NCBI GenBank assembly: GCA_964648415.1
Contig: CAZYOC010000002.1
Location: 1-51,429, forward strand
Source of the DNA: an uncultured bacterium
GTDB lineage: Bacteria > Electryoneota > Electryoneia > Electryoneales > Electryoneaceae
Direction of reading: 5' to 3'
DNA length: 51,429 nucleotides
Below the pieces are notes generated by a model, which saw only the letters and a program-made list of their open reading frames with translations, ran no database searches and was not told the DNA's origin. The stretch's first letter is position 1. Each line of letters begins with the position of its first letter. The translations under genes and the position numbers were made by a program. Of this stretch, positions 1 to 7,494 are shown piece by piece.

Positions 1-144
1 TTCCAGCCTTCGCTGGAATGAGATCGGTTCCTATTGTGCAACAGCCTGTATAGTGGTTCTTGCAAAGAATCGTACATACAAAGATTCTTAAGTACTTGTT
101 TATTCTGGATTCCTGCTTTCGCAGGAATGACATCATGGGACATT
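1..144 (+). repeat. Family-1 hairpin repeat: a right-end unit truncated by the window start, plus a second hairpin unit
   Basis: 1-40 'ttccagccttcgctggaatgagatcggttcctattgtg' matches the right ends of the copies at 7193-7240 and 10491-10540. 105-130 'ctggattcctgctttcgcaggaatga' is the same hairpin with a compensatory stem change (cctgc/gcagg). The 20-mer 'gaatgacatcatgggacatt' at 125-144 recurs identically at 16674-16693. ORF 34..222 ('WIPAFAGMT') is only a translation of this repeat. Confidence 0.85.
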
Positions 145-268
145 TCATTCGAGAATTGCTATAGCTGCACATCATGCCTGGCGCCCCCCGAAAAGAGGGC
201 GACCCATACGGATCGCCCTTGAATTGCCATCTCTTCGCACAACGCTGTACGTACGTGTCCAATCCGCA

Positions 269-1546
269 TCACGCCTTTTCGATGATGATACCTTTTTGCA
301 GGTTGAACTGGTAGTTGATTTCCCCCATGTCGCCGTACCGGTTCTTCGCGATGGCGAGGCGCAGGGCGCGCGGGGTCAGCTTGGTGTCGATGCGGCGCAT
401 CCGTTCGGTGCCGTGGACGTTTTCCCGCAGCATCAACGCCGTATCCGCACTGAACTCCAGTTCGCCGGACTCCTTCAGATCCTTCAGGCTCGGCTCTTCG
501 TAGCCCTCACGCGTCAGCGACGACACCACCACCACCGGGCTTTCCAGACGGAACGCCATGTCACGCAGCTGCCCGACCAGACCGGACACGATGTGCTCGA
601 AGTTGATCTTGTCGTCCACGTTGGATGCCCAGCGCTGCAGGTAGTCCACGATCACCAGCGCCTGTTTGGACTTGGTGCGGTTCATGGTCTGGCGGCACAT
701 GGATTCGAGTTGGGGGACGTCCAGCGTGGCGGTGCCTTCCACGAAGTGCAGGAGCGCCAACTGGTCCTTGTACTCCTTGTACACTTCCTGCAGTTCTTCG
801 TAGTCGTCGTCGGTATAGCGGCCGTCGGCGTATTTCTTCATCACCAGGCCGCCCTTCTGGCAGAAGATCTTCAGGGTCAAGCGCCAGAGGACTTCGTCGA
901 AGCTGACGAACACCACCGGGGTGCCGTTCTCCACGACGTACGTTGCGACCTGGAGCATGAAAGTGGTTTTTCCGAGTCCCGGACGGCCGGCGATGATATG
1001 CAGCGCCGGCTGCAAACCACCCAGCATTTCGTCGAGCACCGGGAAGCCGGTAAGCACACCGCTGCCCCCGCCCCGTCGTTTTTCCAGGTCGGCGACAATC
1101 TGCGGGAACAGTGTGGCCACGGACAGCGACCGGTCGGTGCGAAAATCCTTCAGCAGCGCATTGGCCAGGTTGATCTGCTTGGTCATGTGCTCGATGATGG
1201 TTTCCGATTTGGTCTTGGAGTCCATCAGGTCGTCACGAATGATGGTGGGCAGCGCGGCCAGTTGCCGTTTCTGCCACAGGTCAACCAGCTTGCGGGCGAC
1301 CTCGAGGTGTTCCATCGCCGGGCTCCAGCCTTCCACGCTGGGCATCTCGGCGTTTTCCTCCATCGCCGCCTCGATCGCGTTGCACATCTGAGCATGTTCT
1401 GTAGAGTAGAACACGTCCGAAGAGATAATCCCGCGAACATCGAAGTAAGCCTTGGGTTTGACCGCCATGGCGGCCAGCAATGCCCGTTCGGCTTCCAGGT
1501 CCACGTGTTGCTTCTGGTCTTCGGTCATCGTCGCATGCTCTTGCAT
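269..1546 (-). CDS. DnaB-family hexameric DNA helicase (RecA-like core)
   Basis: 425-aa ORF. It has an N-terminal 'LEAERALLAAM' DnaB-N-like motif, Walker A 'GRPGLGKTTF', Walker B-like 'ALVIVDYLQ' and a C-terminal 'AIAKNRYG' motif. It is somewhat short for a canonical DnaB. Confidence 0.75.
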   Translation of the reverse strand: MQEHATMTEDQKQHVDLEAERALLAAMAVKPKAYFDVRGIISSDVFYSTEHAQMCNAIEAAMEENAEMPSVEGWSPAMEHLEVARKLVDLWQKRQLAALPTIIRDDLMDSKTKSETIIEHMTKQINLANALLKDFRTDRSLSVATLFPQIVADLEKRRGGGSGVLTGFPVLDEMLGGLQPALHIIAGRPGLGKTTFMLQVATYVVENGTPVVFVSFDEVLWRLTLKIFCQKGGLVMKKYADGRYTDDDYEELQEVYKEYKDQLALLHFVEGTATLDVPQLESMCRQTMNRTKSKQALVIVDYLQRWASNVDDKINFEHIVSGLVGQLRDMAFRLESPVVVVSSLTREGYEEPSLKDLKESGELEFSADTALMLRENVHGTERMRRIDTKLTPRALRLAIAKNRYGDMGEINYQFNLQKGIIIEKA

Positions 1547-1737
1547 CTCTCGTCTCCACGTTGGTCACCCTGAACCTGCTGCTGCGCCCCGTTTTCCATG
1601 AATCCGGCCCGGCGCCTCAGTTCCAATTTCCCTAACCAACTATGGTACGTTCTCACTTGCGCAAGGTCAAGACGAAAAACCGAAGCATCTCCCCTTTATC
1701 GCACAGACTACCATTCGAGCCTCCCTATGTAGTTACT

Positions 1738-1771
1738 GGTGGATCGTTCATAGCACGTGAAACGATCCACC
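1738..1771. other. Perfect 11-bp inverted repeat (12-nt spacer) in the divergent intergenic region
   Basis: 'ggtggatcgtt' (1738-1748) and 'aacgatccacc' (1761-1771) are exact reverse complements. The site lies between the helicase gene (-) and the sensor kinase gene (+). Function is unknown. Confidence 0.5.
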
Positions 1772-1911
1772 GGTGTACGCAGCCCTCATTCGAGGTAATC
1801 ACAGGTGTTTTCGGCTTGTCCCCACTGCAGGGAGCCGGTATTTTGCAATGAAGGCTTTTGCTGTTTCCTGCAGCACCTGCAAATTCCTGCTGCACTTACA
1901 AAGGTTGTTCC

Positions 1912-4548
1912 ATGGACGCATCACACTCCGGCCCCGCCGACCTGCACCAGCCCACAGAACTGATCCGCTTCTCCGTTGAGCAGGCCGGATTCGCCATCTT
2001 CTGGATCGATCCGGAAGGCCATTTTCTGTATGTGAACCGGAAAGCGTGTGAATCGCTTGGCTACTCACGAGACGAGCTGCTGGGGATGAGCGTCCATGAC
2101 TTGGATCCCAACTATCCCATCGGACGCCGGAAGCAACATTGGGAGGAATTCAAAACGCAGGGTGTGATGACGTTTGAAACACTGCACACTCGCAAGGATG
2201 GAACGTCCTTCCCGGTACTTGTCACCAACCAGTATTTGCGATTCCAGGACCAGGAGATCGAATTCGCCTTTGCGGTGGACATCACACAGCAGCATAAGGT
2301 TGAAAAAGCCCTGCGTGGGAGTGAGATGGAACTGCGGCAGGCGCAGCATGTGGCCAAAATCGGTTCCTGGCGCTTCGATCTGACAGAAGGCACGGTGACT
2401 GCTTCGGATGAATCAAAGCGGATCTATGGGTTGGGTGAAAAGGAGTTCACCATTCGCGCCGTTCAGGAAATCCCGTTGCCGGAATACCGGCAGGTGATGG
2501 ACAAAGCGCTGCATGATCTTGTCTATGAAGGCAAGCCCTATGACATCGAATTCAAGATCAAACGCCCCTCCGATGGAGAAATCCTCGATATCCATTCCAT
2601 GGCGCAATACCACAAGGACTCCAACGCGGTCATCGGCACCATTCAAGATATCACCGATCGGAAGCGGGCGGAGCAGGCGGTGATGGACAGCGAGGAAAAA
2701 CACGCCGCCCTCTCCCGCGCTACAATGGAAGCTGTCTTCATCATCGACAACGGTATCTGTATAGAAACCAATCAGGCGGCGTGCGAACTGTTCGGCTATG
2801 AGTACGAAGAAGTGATTGGACGTTTCGGTACGGACATCATCGCGGATAAGTCCAAAGAACTGGTTCGCCGCAATATGCTGTCGGGGGATAAAAAGCGCTA
2901 CGAAGCCCTGGCGCTGCGAAAGGATGGCAGCGAGTTCTGGGTGGAAATCAAGGGAAAATCGTACGAATACCGTGGTAAAATGGTACGCGCCACCGCTATC
3001 CGCGATATTTCCGACCGTAAACAGGCGGAACAGGCGCTCCGCGCCAGTGAAGAAAAATACCGCCGTGTGCTGGACAATTCGCTCGAAGGCATCTTTATCC
3101 ATCAGGACGATAAGGTCCGGTACTGCAACCTCCGGTTTGCGCAAATGCTGGGCTACGACACGGTTGATCCGGTCATTGGCATGGATCTGTACGACATTGT
3201 CAGCCCACGCGACAAGCAGCGAGTCTCGCGTGAAATCGCATCCCGGGATCTCGGTAAGAAGGAGACCTCCCATTACTCTTTCCGCATTCTCCGGCAAGAC
3301 GGCAGCGAGCTGGAGATCGAATCCCTGGTGACCACCATTGAATACGAAGGCCGGCGGGCGTACCAGGGCGTATTCCGGGATCAAAGTGAACAACGAAAAC
3401 TGGAGGAACAGCTTCGCCAGGCGATCAAAATGGAATCCATCGGCCGCCTGGCGGGCGGCATCGCCCATGACTTCAACAACCTGCTGACCGCAATCTCCGG
3501 CAATGCTGAGCTGGTCATGTTGACTCTCAGCGATAACGATCCCATCGCCAGCGACATCCAGGAGATCATCGACACCACCAGTCGCGCCGGCGATCTGACC
3601 CGTCAATTGCTCACCTTCAGCCGGAAGCAGATTACAAAACCACGCACCCTGAACCTGAACAGCGTTTTGGGGAACTTCGAGCGCCTGCTGCGACGCACCA
3701 TCGGTGAAGACATCAGCCTGACCCTGGACCGTGCTCCCGGGCTTTGGAACATCCATATCGATCCCTCCCAGACCGAGCAGGTGCTGATGAACCTCGTGGT
3801 AAACGCCCGCGACGCCATGCCCGACGGCGGCGAGCTGCATATTGTTACGGAGAACTGCACCTTGGAAGGCGACATCAGCCCCATCGAAGGAGCCGCTCTG
3901 TCCGGAAGATTTGTCAGCATCACGGTCGCGGACACCGGGATTGGTATGGACGTCGCTACTCTGGAACGCATATTCGAGCCGTTCTACACGACCAAGGAAA
4001 GCGGCAGGGGTACGGGACTGGGCCTGTCCACCGTCTATGGCATTATCAAACAAAACGAGGGCCATGTCGTGGTGGACAGCGATCCTGGCCGGGGAACCAC
4101 CTTCCGCATCTACTTCCCCATGATTGAAGCGGAAGTGACTGAATCGGTTGAGCAAAGGCTGGAGATCGAAAAACTACGCGGCCACGAAACCATCCTGGTG
4201 GTGGAGGATGACGTGAGGGTGCGTGACACCGCGGTTCGCGCGCTGCATCGTTTTGGCTATAATGTGCATACTGCGGTTTCCGGAGCGGACGCCCTGCTGA
4301 TGCTGGACCGGAAGACGGTCGAGCCACACCTGATCCTGACCGATATCATCATGCCCAACATGAACGGCGACGAGTTCGCTCAGCGAGCCGAACAGCAGGG
4401 CTATGCCGGACCGATTCTCTTCATGTCCGGGTACACGGAATCGGACCGGCGCTCCTACACCATCTCCCTCGGCGGACGTCCCTTCCTGCAAAAACCATTC
4501 AAACCTCTCGAGCTGGTCTCCCTGGTGCGCGATATTCTGGATGAATAG
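1912..4548 (+). CDS. Hybrid sensor histidine kinase: multiple PAS/PAC domains, HisKA, HATPase_c and a C-terminal receiver
   Basis: ORF 1858..4548; the first ATG is at 1912. It has repeated PAS/PAC ends ('[13 protein letters not shown]', '[14 protein letters not shown]'), H-box '[14 protein letters not shown]', G-box '[15 protein letters not shown]', and a receiver 'ILVVEDD...[11 protein letters not shown]...KPF'. Confidence 0.9.
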   Translation: MDASHSGPADLHQPTELIRFSVEQAGFAIFWIDPEGHFLYVNRKACESLGYSRDELLGMSVHDLDPNYPIGRRKQHWEEFKTQGVMTFETLHTRKDGTSFPVLVTNQYLRFQDQEIEFAFAVDITQQHKVEKALRGSEMELRQAQHVAKIGSWRFDLTEGTVTASDESKRIYGLGEKEFTIRAVQEIPLPEYRQVMDKALHDLVYEGKPYDIEFKIKRPSDGEILDIHSMAQYHKDSNAVIGTIQDITDRKRAEQAVMDSEEKHAALSRATMEAVFIIDNGICIETNQAACELFGYEYEEVIGRFGTDIIADKSKELVRRNMLSGDKKRYEALALRKDGSEFWVEIKGKSYEYRGKMVRATAIRDISDRKQAEQALRASEEKYRRVLDNSLEGIFIHQDDKVRYCNLRFAQMLGYDTVDPVIGMDLYDIVSPRDKQRVSREIASRDLGKKETSHYSFRILRQDGSELEIESLVTTIEYEGRRAYQGVFRDQSEQRKLEEQLRQAIKMESIGRLAGGIAHDFNNLLTAISGNAELVMLTLSDNDPIASDIQEIIDTTSRAGDLTRQLLTFSRKQITKPRTLNLNSVLGNFERLLRRTIGEDISLTLDRAPGLWNIHIDPSQTEQVLMNLVVNARDAMPDGGELHIVTENCTLEGDISPIEGAALSGRFVSITVADTGIGMDVATLERIFEPFYTTKESGRGTGLGLSTVYGIIKQNEGHVVVDSDPGRGTTFRIYFPMIEAEVTESVEQRLEIEKLRGHETILVVEDDVRVRDTAVRALHRFGYNVHTAVSGADALLMLDRKTVEPHLILTDIIMPNMNGDEFAQRAEQQGYAGPILFMSGYTESDRRSYTISLGGRPFLQKPFKPLELVSLVRDILDE

Positions 4549-4630
4549 CCGCATTCGCTTTTACCTCGCCTCACCTGATCCACCTCTTTGATTCTGATTT
4601 GTGGCCCCGACGGCTCAAAGCAACCGAAAC

Positions 4631-4779
4631 TCCCGGGCCGTGTCGAATCGTTAGCCCGGATATTTCACGAATGAACCACGGCAGTGGTTCTCTGCCATAG
4701 CCCAAGGTACGCGCCGTCCGTTTGGCGCGCACCTTGGGAGACAGGTTTACCAGATCCTGCAACCCGGCAGCGGGTTGCA
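4631..4779 (-). ncRNA. Candidate structured RNA / cluster of four stem-loops (function unknown)
   Basis: There are four hairpins. They are 4631-4660 (imperfect), 4673-4690 (7 bp), 4701-4738 (15 bp with one A:C pair that becomes G:U only on the minus-strand transcript), and 4758-4779 (8 bp, perfect). The overlapping 80-aa ORF has no convincing coding signal. Confidence 0.25.
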
Positions 4780-5265
4780 TAAAACGAAAACAGACTGTCG
4801 TCATGTGATTCAAAGCCGAAAACCCATTAAGCCGATTCTATGTAAAGGGTTAAGTTGACGAAACATGAATACTCGTGAAATATCCGGGAGCGTCGTTTGC
4901 GGCGATCCGACACACCCTCCATGTCAACACTCTCACTGTCACGTCGCCAGCACACACAGACGTGCTTCACGACTCGACAGCCCCCAGATGGCGTCAGAAC
5001 ACAGGTTCAGGCTTCAAAAATCGAGTTCTTCCTCCCCCGAGAGACTAAACTACCTGATTACAATGATTTATAACGATACGCATTCTGTGTTTCGTACGCA
5101 ATTCGTATCGTTTCCATCCCTTTCCAATGCTCTCGAAGCGTTTCCATCCGCTTCGCTTGATGTGCGTATGGCAATTCCCCTTATTGATAAACAAGCGGAC
5201 GGCGGGAAGCTGGACAGTATTTCGCAGCCGTTCAGAGTGCTGACAAACAAGATGGTGACGACGCC

Positions 5266-6264
5266 ATGAAGAAACGGATCGCACTACAAGGCATGTCCCG
5301 GGTGAATCGGCTGGTGCTGAGCCGGCTGATGGAAGATCAGAACGCGGATATTGTTGCGATCAATTCAACCGCCGAATCGGATACTCTGGCTTACCTGCTG
5401 AAGCATGAGCGTCAGCCGTCAGATTTCTCGAAGATGTTTCATGGCAACAATGGTGTACTGGAATGCAATGGTACGAAAGTCATGATGGCGAACACCCCGA
5501 GAATCGAAAAGGCCCCGTGGGAGAGCCTTGGTATTGACGTCGTCATTAACGCATGGGAGGGTGACACGCCGGAAGAGGCGAGCCCGCGGGCGCATCTGGA
5601 CGCAGGCGCGGGTCAGGTGCTGAGCATTGGTGAAAGCCGCGAAGCAGACATCCTGATTGGTCCGGGGATCAACGATGAGGATTATGACCCGGACCATCAC
5701 CGTGTGATCGTCTTACCGGAAACCATAGCCCTGTCAGCGGCCACGGTGCTGTACGCCATCGAGACAGCCTTTGGGATTGAAACCGCTACATTTACCGGCG
5801 TACACGCCATCACCGAAAACGGTCATCCGACAGATATGCCGGCGTCACCGCGCCACGTGGGACGGTCGGCGATTGAAAACCTGATTCCGGCGGCGGAAGA
5901 CCCCCTGCAGGCCATTTCCAGCATGCTGCCTCATCTCGACGGCAAGGTCAGCGGAATGTACTTTTCAGCTCCAATTGCTTACGGGGGCATGCTTAACCTG
6001 ACCGTGCAAACCGAGCAGGCCACGACGGTCGAAAAGGTGCTTCAGCAGTTCGCCAGGCTTTCCGGCACAATGGAATACAACGAACAACTGCAGGTGTCCG
6101 AAGAATCCTTCGTGTCCTCGGATGTGGCGGACACGGGACGCTTTATCGTGATCGACAGAAACGCCGTCCAGATGAGGGGAAAATATTCGATCCAAATCCT
6201 GGCCTGGATCGATCCGGACTGGGGCTATGCGGGACAAGCGGTTAGTCTGTTGAACAGCCTTTAG
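5266..6264 (+). CDS. GAPDH-fold protein lacking catalytic Cys and the NAD-binding glycine motif (probable pseudoenzyme or repurposed paralog)
   Basis: It aligns by eye along its full length to GapA: 'IVAIN', 'GVHAIT' (TVHATT), 'NLIPAA' (NIIPSS), 'AWIDPDWGYA' (SWYDNETGYS). However 'GFGRIG' is replaced by 'GMSRVN', and 'SNASCTTN' by 'LPETIALS' (Ile codon 5725-5727 at the Cys position). Confidence 0.8.
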   Translation: MKKRIALQGMSRVNRLVLSRLMEDQNADIVAINSTAESDTLAYLLKHERQPSDFSKMFHGNNGVLECNGTKVMMANTPRIEKAPWESLGIDVVINAWEGDTPEEASPRAHLDAGAGQVLSIGESREADILIGPGINDEDYDPDHHRVIVLPETIALSAATVLYAIETAFGIETATFTGVHAITENGHPTDMPASPRHVGRSAIENLIPAAEDPLQAISSMLPHLDGKVSGMYFSAPIAYGGMLNLTVQTEQATTVEKVLQQFARLSGTMEYNEQLQVSEESFVSSDVADTGRFIVIDRNAVQMRGKYSIQILAWIDPDWGYAGQAVSLLNSL

Positions 6265-6331
6265 CAGAAGAAGTGTCAAGAACGATTCATACCGGAATCG
6301 TTTTCATATACCAGCACATGGGAGGAAGCAC

Positions 6332-6691
6332 ATGGAACAGCAGATGATTGAACAAAACGTGGTTGACAACTTTGAACTGCCGAACCGCGATACCATGCGA
6401 CGCGACCTGAGGCGCTGGCGCCGGTGGCTGGACGAGGTACAGGAACGTCTGCCCTGGTCCAATACGAAGAAACGTGACGATGTGATCAGCGCCGCCAAAT
6501 TGATCCGTAAAATGGTAGCGGAAACCTGGATTCACCTCCAGGCCAACCACGCCAACGGCGACGACCCGCATTGCCCTTACGCCATCCGGGCGTACCGGTC
6601 CTACAGGATGCTCAAGAAGTACGGGAAACCCCTGAGAAAAAAGCAGGAGAAGCGGTTAACGGATCTCAAACAGATACCTGAAGCAGCGTAA
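6332..6691 (+). CDS. Hypothetical basic protein (119 aa)
   Basis: ORF with the SD-like sequence 'gggagga' 8 nt upstream of the ATG. I recognise no family. Confidence 0.55.
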   Translation: MEQQMIEQNVVDNFELPNRDTMRRDLRRWRRWLDEVQERLPWSNTKKRDDVISAAKLIRKMVAETWIHLQANHANGDDPHCPYAIRAYRSYRMLKKYGKPLRKKQEKRLTDLKQIPEAA

Positions 6692-6735
6692 CCGCAACCA
6701 ATCTGCACCTGCATTGAAAAGGAGGCGATTGCAAC

Positions 6736-6966
6736 ATGTCACGCGATCTACTGGAAAAGAACTGGGAAATCGTCAGGAACCGGCTCAGGGAAAAATGGGA
6801 GAAACTCTCCGAGTCCGATGTCACCACGATCAACGGCGACTACAACCAACTGTCCGGTGTCCTGCAGGACAAGTACGGCGCCTACAAGGAGGATGTCAAC
6901 GCCGAGATCAACCAGTGGCTGAACGACATGCTCAGCGGTCCGCCGGGACAACGACAGACGGAATAA
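6736..6966 (+). CDS. CsbD-family general stress protein
   Basis: 76 aa. 'KNWEIVRNRLREKWEKLSESDVTTINGDYNQLSGVLQDKYGAYKEDVNAEINQW' matches the CsbD pattern (GxWxxxKGxxKExWGxLTDDD...G...L.G..Q..YG). SD 'aaggagg' lies upstream. Confidence 0.85.
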   Translation: MSRDLLEKNWEIVRNRLREKWEKLSESDVTTINGDYNQLSGVLQDKYGAYKEDVNAEINQWLNDMLSGPPGQRQTE

Positions 6967-7026
6967 GCCATACATACTATTCCCTCTCCCGGGCGTCTCC
7001 AGTTTAAGGTGGAGACGCTCGCCCTC

Positions 7027-7246
7027 TCTCATTCCCGCCTTCCAGACTGTCCCAGAATGCGAGAGGAATCTCATTCCAGCGAAGGCTGGAATCCAGTCAT
7101 GTTAATATACTACAACATGTTAACCATGAAAACCAAACGTTGAACACAACTTTGATGCTGAATTGCTAACATTATATTTTCTTGCACCTTGCCTGGATTC
7201 CAGCCTTCGCTGGAATGAGAGCGGTTTTTATTTTGATACAGACTGC
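7027..7246 (+). repeat. Family-1 dispersed element, full copy A (two inverted hairpin units flanking a ~100-bp core)
   Basis: The layout is the left flank 'cagactgtcccagaatg', the hairpin 'tcattccagcgaaggctggaatcca' (7071-7095), a core 'gtcatgttaatatactacaacatgttaacc...cttgcaccttgcc', and the inverse hairpin 'ctggattccagccttcgctggaatgaga' (7193-7220). It is about 85-90% identical by eye to 10341-10547. Confidence 0.9.
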
Positions 7247-7360
7247 TACGCGGGAATGAGAGCCATAGGACATTCTGATACAGTCTGTTCCGGGGGAATG
7301 TACTCCCCCGGCCATTTTGATACAGTCTTTTCCGCAGGAATGTCACTCGTGGTGTCATTC
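7232..7360 (+). repeat. Three tandem ~42-bp units derived from family-1 half-hairpins
   Basis: The units start 'ttgatacagactgc..gggaatgag', 'ctgatacagtctgttccgggggaatg' and 'ttgatacagtcttttccgcaggaatg'. The periodic 'LYQN' in ORF 7110..7358 (-) is their translation. Confidence 0.8.
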
Positions 7361-7494
7361 TGAGAGGTCCATTCGCTTACTACATTGCGATCCTCAAGTG
7401 ACTTTTTTTCTGCACCGCCCCCCTTGCCTTTCATCATCGCCGGAGCCCATTTTCCCCATGCGACTTTGCACAACATTTTTCCGGAGGGATACAC

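Noticed and set aside
34-222. 62-aa ORF containing 'WIPAFAGMT' (and the similar ORF 10479..10721 with 'WIPAFAGMR' and repeated 'HVIP')
   Set aside because: These are translations of the family-1 hairpin repeat. The peptide similarity simply mirrors the nucleotide repeat, which also occurs in the opposite orientation and in truncated form.
224-1573. 449-aa ORF on the plus strand covering the helicase locus
   Set aside because: It is the antisense shadow of the minus-strand DnaB-like gene. Its composition is biased toward H/R/V/Q/G with no motifs, whereas the minus strand carries Walker A/B and DnaB signatures. Long open antisense frames are expected in ~60% GC DNA.
4990-5045. 'cttcaaa' (UCA anticodon-loop-like) checked as a possible tRNA-Sec gene near the selenoprotein
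   Set aside because: The flanking bases do not form an anticodon stem ('ttcagg' versus 'aatcga'), and no acceptor or T arms are present.
4865-5269. 134-aa plus-strand ORF upstream of the GAPDH-like gene, and the 80-aa ORF 4571..4813 (-)
   Set aside because: Neither has an SD or a recognisable domain. The composition is atypical, and the region is better explained as non-coding (hairpin cluster, direct repeat 'cgtttccatcc' at 5108-5118 and 5139-5149). Coding cannot be fully excluded without homology searches.
7110-7358. 82-aa minus-strand ORF with the periodic 'F(L/P)R..LYQN' motif
   Set aside because: The periodicity comes from the three 42-bp tandem DNA units. There is no start context, and it overlaps the repeat element.
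7232-7360. Tandem repeats here and at 10577-10656 considered as a CRISPR array
   Set aside because: The units are contiguous with no unique spacers, number only 3-4, derive from the dispersed hairpin element, and no cas genes are present in the window.
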